From Lama glama (taxonomy: Eukaryota): a DNA stretch of 64,000 nt. Within the stretch, counting starts at the first letter, position 1. Each line of letters starts with the position of its first letter. Below, piece after piece: positions 51,400 through 64,000 of the stretch. The translations under genes were made by a program, and so were the position numbers. The notes beneath the pieces were generated by a model. That model worked only from the letters and a program-made list of their open reading frames with translations. It searched no databases and was not told the DNA's origin. Where the stretch lies: positions 69,814,001 to 69,878,000 of the forward strand of contig CM052817.1 of the NCBI GenBank assembly GCA_028534125.1. The letters run 5' to 3'.

Positions 51400-54082
51400 A
51401 AGAAGCCAGTAGAGCAGGAAATGGACCAGGAACAAAACCAGAGCGGGAGGGAATGCTGCATTAAGTACTTGATCATCAGTCCTTTCCCCCCAGTGGTTGT
51501 GGTGCTTCAGTTTCTCCTTGTGCAAGATTATTCATGACTTCATGTCTTCTTAGTGACCTGTTCTGTATTATTCATTTCCTCATAATTTAACTTTGTATTC
51601 AGTAGTACAAAATACTAGAGTATCCCATATTCCTAGGACTGCATAAACTTTCTTTTTAGTAAAAAAATAAATAAATTTTTTGTATCTTTTTGGTGGATGG
51701 ATTTAATCCATTAAAAATCTGTTGTGGCTACTGACATGTTTGGATTAAGTCATGCCCTCTGTAAGGAAGGGTGTTTGTGAGCTAGAGAAAGCAGAGTTAC
51801 ATAGATAGATGGAGAATTAAATTGGAAGGACTTGGGGTGATTGTCAAGAAAGCAGAGGAGGGACTTTGAAGCTGAGATAATAGCTAAGATTTTATTTACC
51901 CTCTAAATAACCCCCATTGCATACAATGGAATTCACTCATTTCATTTAAAGATACTGCCCATCAGCCCATCATTCTTTCTGACATTCGTAAGATGTGCCT
52001 CTGAAGTACAGAGACATATTAACCAGAATGTCATTTTTGGTCTTGTCAGTACAAGCTTTGGAAATGGGCTCACAATATTCTGATATCTTTAATACTGCAG
52101 ATTATGCTACAGGAGATGTTAGAAGAAAAAAAAACAAATCAAAAACAAAAAACTTCTGGGCTGTAAATTTTATTTAAACTTCTTGGAAAATGCAGGGGGT
52201 TTTTTGTTTTTTTTTTTCTTAATACACGTTTTTGATAGCATGTTTTGGAAAAAAAAAAGTTTCAAGTGAATATTTCTGGTCAAATACTTTTTTTTTTAAA
52301 TGTAGTATCATCAATGAAAATTACATTTAATGGAAATAAGATTAAATATGGAATTACATCTTTTAGCTTCCTGATGCTAATTGAACATTGAGAGTTTATA
52401 GCATTTCCTGACTACCTCTTGGCTAGATGTTCAGGTTTGGAGACAGTGGTTTTAATCATCCTGTGTTTTTCTAAACCTGCTTCACTCTGTAGAAAACAGT
52501 TTCTGACCATAGTTTACTCCCAAGAATAGACCAGTGCTAAACTGAATAGAGTAACTACTTCACTGATGTTCTATTCATTACTGATTTGTGGAGCTTGGCA
52601 TTTTACAAGTCTATTAAAAAAGACTATTCTACTTTTTTAAAATTTTGTTTTCAGTTTTCATCTGTATACCCTAGACTTTTAAAATTCCCAAGATATATAG
52701 TATGTGTGTATCCTCCATTGTATGTTCATTATTTGAATTTTCTTTTCACTTTTACATCTATATAGTATAGTTTTACTAAACTTCAAATGTTATTTCTTCT
52801 TGAATTTATAAAAGTTGTTTTTATTGCTCTTTGGTCTTTTTAAATGGCTTCTGGGTGGATGGGAAGGGGTGGGAGTTACTTAATCAAAAAACCTCTCCAG
52901 GATAGGCGCCTTTTCTTCTGCTACCCTCCTGAGCCCTTAGAGCTGGATTCCACGCGGAACGGGATGCCAGAAATCATCTCCGTTCTGCCTGGCCGGCCAT
53001 TCACTTGCCTCACCCTCCAGGCAGTGAGTCCAGCAGTTATTATATGTCTAGCCCTGGAGTATTGCTTATCTTGGGTTTGGTCGCTCTGTTTCATTAAACT
53101 CAGGGTATAGCTTTTGCAGTTTTCTGTATCTCTATTTTCTATCCTACCTATTTAACATAAAATAATACAACTTCTGCATCAAAAGTCAAGTTGAATACTG
53201 AATCCTTATTAGACATTTGATAGCTTTAACTCTTCTGCCCCCACACAATACCTGTTTTTATTCTTCCTGTGTTTATAATATTGTGTCTTTAACCTTTTCT
53301 TAAAAGCTTCATGTGGGTTAAACATTTCTTAGAAGACTGTACTGGGGTGATCAATTTTTAAAAAGTCCATTATGGCCAGTATAATCAGAATGCTGTACAC
53401 GTACACACATTAATCGATTAGAAATGGAAAAGAACTCAAAGGCAAAAATCCACAGTTAAGCTGTGGGAGCATTTTTAGTGGGATCCAGTTTTAGTTTAAA
53501 AGAAGTTATATTTGCGCAGGTTTCTGGAAGCTATTTACTGTGATTCAGTCTCGGCAGGTGGGAACATAGATGTTCTTGATATTCTCTTGCCTTGATGGTG
53601 TACTGATTTTTTTTCTGATAATGAGATTTCATTTAAAAATTTTAAAGTGTTGCCTCATAAGCCTGGTGATCCTAGTTTGAATAGCCCTCCTGCTTGATCT
53701 TCCTTCATTGCACTGTAAGTCTTTTTCTTGTTGTAGTAGGACACCAGCAGTATGTAAACCCCATGAGAGAAGGGACTTTCTATGTACTCACTAAATATTG
53801 TTGAATCAATAATTATCTTTGCTTTTAGGCTGCTTATTTATTTTTTCAGTACAAAAAGGTAAAAAGTGGAGCAAATGATCCATCTAATATCACTTTTCCA
53901 GGAACCATGTTTATTTATTTATATATAGCCCAATTTTCTCCCACACTAAAGAATTGTGCTACATACACCGTTTTGTAACTTCTTCGCCTAACATTGTATG
54001 ATAGTATGATGGTATTTTATTGTACAGATAATATTTATAATGTAACTAGTCCCATCTTGATGGACAGTGTGGTTTCAGTCTT

Positions 54083-54415
54083 ATAGGTCCAGAATCACTT
54101 ACCTGCAATTTCAAAACCTAAACTTCTAAAAATAAAAGGCCCTTTGTCCTTCCTTCCCCCATCCCTCCGTCCCTCCTCTAATTCTTGGTGTCAGAAACTG
54201 GTTGAACTGACCAAAAGTTTTTTATAGTTTTTATTCACCCAACTTAGTGTGAATATATCTACACCTCATTCAGAGATATTAATATTTGAATATCTGATGT
54301 TTCCCAGATCCATCAAGGTGGTAGTGGTGAGTTCTGCGACCTAATATAGTTTTTTGAAATCTAAAGTTCTGAATTGTAAAATGTATCTGTTGCCAAAAGA
54401 TTCTGATGATTGTAT
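54083..54415. mobile_element. Probable old TcMar-Tigger-derived fossil
   Basis: taggtccagaatcacttacctgcaatttcaaaacctaaa...ttagtgtgaatat...ttctgaattgtaaaatgtatctg resembles old Tigger MITE ends. Confidence 0.45.
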
Positions 54416-54930
54416 TTGGAAACTAATCCACAGGTACTTATCCAAGTATCTTTAGATAAATCCCTAGTAGTAATTCACAGTGGGTAACATATAGTTTTTG
54501 AAATTAGGGAGAAAAATACTAATATAAAAAAATTTTAAGAGGATATGGAACCAGAATTTTGGAGTACCTGGGATTGTTATTTGGTAATGTTTTTATGGAT
54601 TTTTGCAAGATTAATTAGTGTTTAATTAGTGTTTCCAATAGTTCTTTCCACTTAAATAATTTTTATATATAGTGTATATATACTCCTTTAAAGCTATAAT
54701 TTATTTAACTGATCATTTGGTGATTTTAGGTTATTTCTGCCATCTTGGTTGCCACAGAGTACAGAGGACAGAAACTCTCAGCTGATAATGAGTACAATAA
54801 AACAAATATATATGAAATATCCAGAAAAAATGTTTTTGAAAATGCGTAAATACACAAGCCTACTAAAACATCCACGGTGCATGAAAATTACCTATATTCA
54901 CGAAAGAGGACTTGCAGATTCGCATTTTTG

Positions 54931-55059
54931 TTTGTTTGTGGTTGTCTTTTTTTTTTTTCTTTATTTTTTCCTTCCCTTAAAGGAGGCACTGGAGATTGAA
55001 CCCAGGACTTCGTGCACACTAAGTGCATGCTCTACCACTGAGTTATATCCCCCACCCCA
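54931..55059 (-). mobile_element. Vic-1-type SINE
   Basis: ggaggcactggagattgaacccaggacttcgtgcacactaagtgcatgctctaccactgagttatatccccc; TSD C(A/G)GATT(C/T)GCATTTTTG at 54915-54930 and 55060-55075. Confidence 0.9.
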
Positions 55060-58000
55060 CGGATTTGCATTTTTGACTGAATTGTCTTCTCCATCTAAAT
55101 CAGATCTGGCCTCATTCTCTTCTCTTTAGCAGCTGGTTTTGCCCAAGGGAAACAGCATCAAATAAGTGGTTTCTTTTTGTGAAATAATGAGTGACATCCA
55201 TTATGTGGCAATTTATAAAGCAGTCTTCATCCTTCTTGCAAATAAACCCTGCAGAAGACATCACACCTTATACAACAAAGTCTCCTTTTGAAAGTTGACA
55301 CTATGTAAAGACTAATTTAATTGTCTCTGTACTTGAAGTTAGGGCTGTACTGTCCAAATAGTTACCCGTTTTACCAGGCTTTCTCAAAAGCAGCAATAAT
55401 GCAGACTTATCCAAAACACAACATTCTAGACATACATTTTTTTTATTGCAGTTAATGGAGGCTGAGTGGAGACATGAAATAAACAGATTTCTGTTGATAA
55501 ATGCTTCTTGTGAAATAAAGCAACAACTATACATGATTTCCAATACTTTTAGCTATAAAATAACACACTTGTAATGAAAATATTTTTAAATGCAGACTGT
55601 ATACAATGTAGGAAGGAAAAAAATCTCATACTCCTACCACTTGAACAACTATTCTTAATATGTTAGTGTACTTGTGCCCTGGCTTTTCTGTACATGCATT
55701 TTTTACATACTTGAAGTTGTTCAAAACAAAATACCTTTTTAAGAACAGAAGCACATTTTCCCTATTAACTCTGTCAATACTTTCATAGTTAAAATAATCA
55801 TTAGGATTTTCCTGATTGTCAGGATGATTAATGTGGAAAATCAGAAAATACAATCCAGAATAAAGAAAACAATTTAAATCACGCATAAATGCAAGCAGTG
55901 TTAATATTTGGTTTACTTTCTTCAGAGTTTAAAAAATATATGTGTGAAGATCTTTACATTGCTGAAATCATACTGTAATTTCCTCACCATTAAAATCTTA
56001 AACATAATTTTTATAAACTATTTGAAAATACAATTGTATCTAGATATATGGGTGAATACTTTTATTGCAGAAAATTTGAAAAAAATAGGAAAGTACCAAA
56101 GAAAACAAAAATAATTGGTAAATCCCACCACCAGCATTAACACCTTATATTCTTGTTGGTGTATTTACTAACTTTTTTTAAAAATTTCATACATGTGCAT
56201 TTTTGAACAGTAAGTGCTATTTTTTAAACAGTAAGTTCAATGTATTTCATGGATGCTTCAAAATGTCTACTATAGACATTTAGATTGTTTTAATGTTTCA
56301 CCAAATATATATTTGGATAATGTTTTTTCTGTATTTAAAATTTGTTCCAAAATAAATTCTCAATAGTAAACTTAATATGTCAAGAAGCATAAGCATTTTT
56401 AAAGCTCATCATGTGTTTAAAAAGAGATTTTCCAAAAAAATTATAACAATTTATGATCCTACCAGCAATTCATCATAGGTTTTATGCATCTTTCTGATTA
56501 CAGCTTAAATTACATTCTGATGGGCTTTGTTTCACGGTAAAACTTTCCAGTGTTCTTATCCATGAGTTACAATAGGGTAGGAGCTTGCTTATGTAATTTG
56601 TCAGTGAGACATTCTGTAGGAAGTTTTTGTTATTAGTAATTAGGAGGCATTTAGTCACAGGAACCCTTTTACTTAGGATTTGTCAGAGGAGGTGCAGGGG
56701 AAATCAGCTCCAAGTAGAAAGTAAGGAAATGAGTTCTGGCTATGAGATGGAGCCACAGCAACTTTATGCTCTACTTCTGTTTCCTTTCCAGTCCATTCTT
56801 CACTCACCACATAGGTATCCCACCAAAAATCATTCTCTATTTCCTCCTGCCTCTTTCCAGGTTCTCCCAGTGCTTTTAATGGTGGACTTCAGGGGTTCGG
56901 TTCGTGAAATGATCTGCCCTTACTGCAAAGAACATGAAAATGAAAAGCTGACTTAATGTGCAAAGAAAGATGAGCTCCACATGAAAGCCTTGATTAAATA
57001 ATCATAATTATAATGCATTTTATATATTTATATGGAATCTATTTATATTTTTTATAATTATGATACATTATGTTTTTGTCTATTTACATGTAATGGGTAG
57101 TAACCATTTCTGCTAAATAGACTATCTGACTTTCATGTGCTAAATTAATTTTAATTGTGGTTGTATTTACTAGTGCTAAGGTAGAAATATTTCAGTAAAG
57201 GTAGACTCTCAAAACTATGTTGTTGTGTAACAGCTCCAACCCCCAGTCCCTACCATAGTTTTGGTTCTCCATCCAAATCCTTGGGGGTCCCCTGGTTTTG
57301 ATTCTGATGACAAGGATTGGTGCTCACCTCCAATGCCTCTCTGTACTTCCCAAGCTCTAAGTGCCCTTGCACAGAATGTGTCTTCCTTTGGGCCCTATGA
57401 GCCATTTACGTGCAGCAGTAGTATCTGTTCTTTCCCATATATTCTTTCTCTTTAAGGATTTCTTATAAAAACCCTGACTCTTGTTCTGTTATGTCTTTTC
57501 TTTCCCAACTCTTCTCTCTCTTTTTCTAATTATCTCCTGGAGGGACAACATAGGTGTATTGGAATTAAGTTCCTCATGTTATGGTATTCGTAAAAGAAAT
57601 ACAAAATAGAAGCTGGGTATCCTGTTCTAGATTTTTGCTTAGGGGGAATGGGCAGTTGGCTAAGGGTCACTAGGAAATTAACAGTGTGCAAATAGTCACT
57701 CTAAAGTCTGTTATACCAACAGCCACCTCCGCTTTGCAGCGGAGTGTTCAGGCTCCATCCTTCACGTTGAGTAGAGCAGGCAACAAAAGACACATTTGTT
57801 TATCAGAAACCTTGCTTTGCAACTTTGTGAACCAGCACAGTTGGTCACAAAAGGAAATAAAATTCTTGAGTGAGCTGTTCTCCTTGTTTGGAGAGAGAAA
57901 TGCGTCAAAACATTTTGACACAGCTGAGGGTTGCTGGAGCGTTTGCTCTTGCTGAAGACATTGGAGTTTAGTTCTCATTTTCCCTAGCAGACCATATGTC

Positions 58001-61000
58001 TGTTGACTATTATTCTGAATATCCATATATTCACTAATATTTCCTAAAATAATATTTAAATACTGTGGTATATAAACCAAATTTCTTTATTTCCTTCAAA
58101 TGAATTTTTAACATACAAACTTTCTGGCGAGATCATAGAAAAGGACAATTTGTGACAGTTTTCTTCTTTTCCTTAATTTATTAGGATAAGTGAAAATTCA
58201 GTAGATAAATATTTCATAGGTCTGTTTCAAGTAGCAATATAACACACTTGCATTCCTTAAAATTGTTAAAATGGCATTCTGTTAGGCTCAAGAATTTGAT
58301 CTTTTCAGTTGCCTTTTGCTGCCTCTCCTCTACGTGTGTCATTCCTTGTGTTGGAGTTATTTGCAGAAACCAAAGCCCAGATTGGAAGCATTGGTCAAAT
58401 AAGTGCCTTTGAGAAAGAAAGAATTTATTTAAATACAACACAGAAGTTTAAGTTCTGGGAGAAAGTAGAGCCAAATATAGTGACCTTAATGGCTTTGGGG
58501 AAGTTATTGCTTTTTATAGCCTCATAACATTCGAAAGCCATAGCTTATTCAGCCAGTCATGCAGAAGAACCTTTCTGTGGCTGGCATAAGAGAATGAAAA
58601 AGGGAGGCTTTTTACAGACCTCTCTAGGTCTTCTATGCTTGCTTTCCTTTCCAATTTTTCCCCTTTCCTTATATGAAACCGTGCTCTGCCTTGAAGATGC
58701 CAGCTGGGCTGCAGCACAGGACTTTAAGATGCAAAGAGTTGTCCAGCCTTCCTGCTCCCCACTTGCCTTTCCCCTCTACCCGAGCCTGGAGAACACCATA
58801 CCTAAACTGCAACTAGCAGATGGGACTAACCTGTGATGGTGCAGTTTCTAGAACCTTCCTTCTTAAGTTTTCAGTGTTTAATTCTTGCTAACAGGAAATG
58901 CTCCCCTTAATCTCTTAGGCTGAATTGAGCTATTTCTTGAATGTGTTTTGTTGGCATGGAGTACTAAGCAGAAATATAACAAGTAACCCATTGTATTTTA
59001 AATACATACCAGAATGTCTAATTCTAGATTTTAGAATTCTACAAGGAAACTGTATCAAAGTGTACTTAGGTGTCATTTCGACAGCAGCACTGGGGAGTGA
59101 GTAAACTTCCTGTTCTTAGGCCTGCCTCTGCTTCTGACTATGAAATGGACTGACCACAAGACCTGGGTTCCGTGTTTCTCATTCAGTGTTTCTCCTAGAG
59201 TCTCGCCTTTGCCTCCACACCACAGCAGGATTATTTAACTCCTTCTACAGATTCTTGCTTAAAGGTGATTTCACTCAAATCTCAAAAGAAAGCGTTAATA
59301 TTCTCTTCTAATGCACTAGTAAACAGCAGAGTTTCAAGATGTTGTTTTTTAAGGTCGCCTGCTTACAGTATTCTATGCAAACTTTTGAAATTGTATAAAA
59401 TATACATAGGGTTTGGTCACCATGTGGTAGAGGGAGAAATCAGTAGGTATATTTTTAAATAATCTGAAGGGCGTGTAGTACAGGAGCTTGATTAAAGTAA
59501 ATAATTATTAAATTTAAAAAAAGTTCTTTTTTCCCTCTCATTTCTTCTCATGGTTTTCCTGTAATAAGATATCATGCTTCCAAATCTAGAAAACATTTTG
59601 TTGTTGATGAAGAACAACACTGTTGACTTTGTAATCTACTTATTTACTTAGAATGAGATCTTTAATATAGTTTAGAAAATGTTGTGTGCTTTGGAGATAC
59701 AATATTAAGCTATTAGACCCCATTTCTGTTTTTCTCTTGTTCTTAGACAATCCACTGTTAGGAGAAAATGTAGGCTCCACTATCAGACTTAAATATCTTT
59801 TAATAATTTACTAAACAGAGTGGGTTTTATTTTTTAAATTATTGTTTTCAGAAACCTCTCACTTCAGTAAGTAATCTGTGCAGACTCCTATTACAGAGTA
59901 AGATATTAAAACCTGTGGGAATGAGTTTCTAGGTATATAAATCTTTAGGGTATATAAGGAAAGCTAGGAATGGAGAAGCAGATAATTATCACTGTTGTTC
60001 CGTTAGGCTGTTAGAGTTAACCTTTCTGATAAAGCCCCCTGGGTGTTTCTGCTAAACAGGTGCTGGCGGGTTTTGTTTGACCATTAAACACGGAGCAGGT
60101 CGTGCCACTTAATGCTTGATGATTCTCTGACCAAACACCTGTCCTGCAGGGCTTCTCGTGAATTAACAGAATTACAGTTCAGGTGGTTAAAAGTACAAAT
60201 GTCTGTTTGAATTATCGAGGACTTCTTTTGCTCGGCTGCTAAAGTAGAAATAAGCTTTTTAACACAAACACCTTTTTCTCTGAGGTCACAGGTTTATCAT
60301 ACTTCCCTGGCTGTAAATTCATAAAGGAGAGGGAAGGAGAAAATTCCAGTCTTGTTCTTTCCTCTCAATGCTGAAAACACCTAGATGAAGGAGGAGGGAA
60401 CCACCAGGAAAGCCCAGCCACCTCCACCCTCCGGAAATTCTCTAAGCTCCGAGATGTATCAGGAATGGAGGTGGGGAAAGGGGTTTGGGGGAAGCGTAAC
60501 CCAGTATCTGAGGAAAAGTGCGTGATGTTCCCCCGCTCTACTCCGTAACTCTGAGAACCTCTGATGTAGAATATATCCCAAAGAAATGTAAAGAATTGTT
60601 TTAAATATTCCCTCATCTTTGACCTTATTTTACAGCCCTCTTCCATTTTTAGAGTCCCTATCTTCAGGGTCCCATCTGTCTGTCTGTCTTCTTGTCTAGT
60701 CTATCCATCAACCCACTCATTCATGTATTTACTCACTTGTTCATCCATTCCCCTTAACACACGTTCCACATCGCAACAGGGATCGTTAACTTGTCTTTCC
60801 CTGTGACTCCTTTCCTCTTTAAGATTCCTCTCCTCCTGCTGGAAAAGCTTTTGTCCTTTGACCCCAGGGCTGCAGTTTTTACCTTCCAAAATATACTGGA
60901 ATCAGATCTGAATTCTACAGCCACCAATAAAAAGGAAGAACAGTTAGGAAATCAAAGCCAACATTTAAAACATCCTGTGAAACATTTTGCACATCACATT

Positions 61001-61471
61001 TTAGTAACAGTGCTTTATTCTATCAAACAGTTAAGTCAGAAACAGTGGATACAGGCTGAGCGCTATTCCACCCTCTCAGGCGGCCCTATGGACTGCAGAT
61101 TATCTTTTCTTGTGAAATACTCGCAGTCACACAATTTATTGTTTTTCATATTTGCACAGCCAATATTTGCCCTGTGTAAATAAGTATTCAGTTCAACAAG
61201 TACTGAATTGTCTGCTTCACCAGTTAAAGCGATCAAATTTTTTTTTTTAGTGAGAAAGAAAACAGACCATCCTTTTCCCCTCATAATCCAACTTGTAGTA
61301 AATTTTGATGAATTCTATTACAAAATTCATCTGTTTTTTGTCACTTCATATTATTTAGTTACAAGTTTATTTTTGGAGCACAGTTTACACAAATTTTGTT
61401 AAACAGTTTGCATTTTATTGGCTGGTTCTTGATCCTGTCTGTAGAAAACTTAAAAATGTGTGTTATTTCAG

Positions 61472-61554
61472 AATCACTCCTAAAGAAGTGCTTAGCTAGT
61501 AAGTACAACACTTTAAAGGGATAAGTGAGCCTGGGATATAATAACAGAACATGG
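61472..61554 (+). other. PPFIBP1: Candidate 83-nt non-coding exon 2 (5'UTR), tentatively PPFIBP1
   Basis: Acceptor tgttatttcag|AATCACTCC and donor ATGG|GTTAGT, in unique non-repeat sequence 52 kb after exon 1; resembles my recollection of the PPFIBP1 5'UTR (not verified). Confidence 0.5.
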
Positions 61555-61614
61555 GTTAGTTCTTGGTTTTCTAATTCTTTAGAAACTATGTCTCTTGACG
61601 GGCTATAGCTTTAA

Positions 61615-61812
61615 AAAAAAAAAGCTTAATGGAGTTACAACTTACATCCTATAAAATTCAGGTGTTTTAAGGATAGGTAAGTGGTTTTTAATAAATTTAC
61701 AGAATTTTGCAACCATCATCCTGGTCTACTTTTAGAACATTTCCATTACCCCAGAAAGAAACTTTAGTTTATTTGCAGTCACTCTCCATTCCCACTGGCA
61801 ACCACTGTTGAT
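61615..61812 (-). mobile_element. L1 (L1MB-like) 3' fragment
   Basis: ataaatttacagaattttgcaaccatca...ttttagaacatttccattaccccagaaagaaac...ctggcaaccactg. Confidence 0.75.
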
Positions 61813-62754
61813 AGGCTGTGTCTTTCTCTTATGACAACTGGATATGGAACTAAAGTTGTCCAATCTGCCTTAGCATGGGATAGTAAGTTAGTACCAGAAA
61901 TCAAAACATCTGTTCTCTACCCAAGCGTCTCTCAGCCAAAGTTCAGGATTAGTTATTGATAGCTGCTTTTTCAATTCTATCTTAAATAAAAGAAAAAAAT
62001 TTTTCCCCTGTTCATTCTCAGAGTAGTGTCACAAAGCTAACTGACAACCCACCCATTTCCCTAATTTAAATCTATCATACTTATACAGCTGTGGGGCCTA
62101 GAGCCAGATGTGGGACCTATGATGGTCTGGCAAGGACTCTTTTCCATGTTACTTTTGTTGGGAAAGTATTTCACAAATATGCATGATAATTTTTTAGTAA
62201 ACAGTGGATCTTCTTTTCAGTTTTCAAAAAGTTTTAGTAAAAATATTTAACCAATTTTATGGGTGTTTCTGAAATAGAATGCCATGACTCACAAGGCACC
62301 CTTGTTTCTGTAAGCATGCTAATGCCTATCCATTTTAGGTAGGAAGACTTTTACAAGTAAGGTGAGCTCTAAGACTGTTAATAAAGAAAAGCTCAGATGT
62401 CTTGGTCTCTGAAAAAAACTTTTTTAGACATGAAATTCCTTAACTAAACTGGATCCTGTTAACATAGCAATATACTTATATTATAAATTTAATATGGTGC
62501 TTTATTAATTACAATAACTATAATTAAATGGCAGATATGGGGAACAAGGAAATACTTAACAGGCTCTTTCCCTGTTCTCCCCACCACGAGAGGAGAATTA
62601 TATATTGATTTTTTTCCTAAGTTTATACACTTGCAAAATTATGAAGATTTAAAATATGTATCTCTCTTTTTAAAAGAGAATTTGTCCCTTTATCTTCTTC
62701 ACTGCTGACCTGCTTTTTCACTGCTTTTTCTCTGCTGGCCTCTAATACATAATA

Positions 62755-62985
62755 GCACTAGAGATGGTGGTGTGGAATTAAGAACAGGGTCTCCTCAGGT
62801 CAAATTCCTGGTTCAAATCTAAGCTCTGCCAGTTCCTACCTGTCTGACCTTAGGCATATCACTTTATCTCAGTTTCTTTTCTTTAAAATCTTTTCAAGCA
62901 TTGTTACGGGATTAATTAGATAATACACAGGGCACAGTACCTGGCACCTAGGTAACATTTAATGAGAACGATGATATTGTGGCTA
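62755..62985 (+). mobile_element. MIR SINE
   Basis: ctggttcaaatctaagctctgccagttcctacctgtctgaccttaggca...gcacagtacctggcacctaggta. Confidence 0.8.
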
Positions 62986-63619
62986 TTTTTATTGTACAGC
63001 TTGACTTTCTAATGGCTTTTGGTGGCAACTGGGTTTTCTTTTTTAAGGACTGAGAAAGCCTTGATGTCTGTTAAGAAACTCATCAGCTCTTTTGTTTCCA
63101 TTGATATACAATTCCGTTTCAGGACCTAGTTTTTCTTAAGCCTTTAAATAATGTGTAAATCTCTTTGATTCATCATTTGCAGTTTGTAAATGTTAGCAAC
63201 ATATTTTCTTCGATCAATGTTTAACCTCTGTTTTCAACAATTATATCTTTTTAAAGATTAAAACTCACATATAAACTCAGATAAGTTTCCTTAATTTTTA
63301 AACTATGTTTACACATTTAATACATCTTATCTTCTTAACGTCTCCAAATGCACAACCAGGGCAATACCGACATTTAGCAAGCCAAGCATTTCCAAGGCCA
63401 TCAACAGGAGCCCATGTCTGTGCTGAGTCTCCTCTGCAGGATGCTGTCTGTGAGCCTCAGGTCAGAACTGCTGGGGGAGACCTGGGAGTTGGCCACTTCC
63501 TGGAGCCTAGAATCGGTCACGTGGTCCCTTTACTATTTTTGATAAACCATAATCTCAGATATGAATTACTGAGGTTCTTCTTCTCCTGTTCAGATCTAAG
63601 TTTTACTTAAAATCAGTTA

Positions 63620-64000
63620 CTGCACCTTTGTACTATTAATGTACTTGTCTCACAGTTTTGTAGTTATTGTATCAAAATACAGTATTTTACAATATTAAGA
63701 TGGCTGTAATTTATTTAATCCCCCTGTTGTTGGATATTAAGCTATTTCTAATTTTTTCCTGTAAATAGCTGTGTTGAAAACCATACTTGTGGAGATACTT
63801 TGCATACATCCTTATTTCTTTGGGGTAAATTCCCAAAACAGAATAACTGGGTACTATTATACCAATATTAGTTACCTGCTATAGTCTAATACCTGCTGGT
63901 ACAACCCTTCTACTGCTGCTCTCATTTCCACTCCCTGATGAACTTTAGAATCATTCTGCCAAATTACGGAAAAAATACTATTGGGATTATTAGGAAAAAA
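63620..64000 (-). mobile_element. Old L1 fragments
   Basis: aatcccctgttgttggatattaagctatttcta...ggggtaaattcccaaaacagaataactggg; tgaactttagaatcattctgccaaatt...tgggatt. Confidence 0.55.

Noticed and set aside
54094..54105. Minus-strand CAG|GTAAGT donor
   Set aside because: Lies in the terminus of a probable Tigger-type fossil, with no convincing partner acceptor.
14644..55059. tRNA-like sequences with A and B boxes
   Set aside because: They are SINE heads with AT-rich tails and TSDs, not tRNA genes.
60791..61183. 130-aa plus-strand ORF near candidate exon 2
   Set aside because: Non-ATG start, no domain similarity and no fitting splice boundaries; consistent with a chance ORF.

Overview
Mammalian genomic DNA, almost certainly camelid (alpaca/camel): it carries eight copies of a tRNA-derived SINE matching the camelid Vic-1 type and camelid-style L1 3' ends. 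There is no intact protein-coding region. The window holds a 5'-intact but dead antisense LINE-1 (1-~4877), a CpG-island promoter with a non-coding first exon on + (donor after 9283), about 52 kb of repeat-rich first intron, and a probable short non-coding exon 2 (61472-61554). From memory the architecture and exon-2 sequence fit PPFIBP1 (liprin-beta1); this is tentative and unverified. The intron contains L1, L2, MIR, MLT1 and MER21-like LTRs, DNA-transposon fossils and a full-length retroposed U6 pseudogene. I found no convincing novel biological system. The best leads are an 88-bp orphan poly(A)/TSD retro-insertion, two independent L1 3' fragments ending at the same internal base, a possible divergent spliced lncRNA from the CpG island, and candidate antisense intronic exons. 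Repeat subfamily names come from recalled consensus sequences, not a database search.
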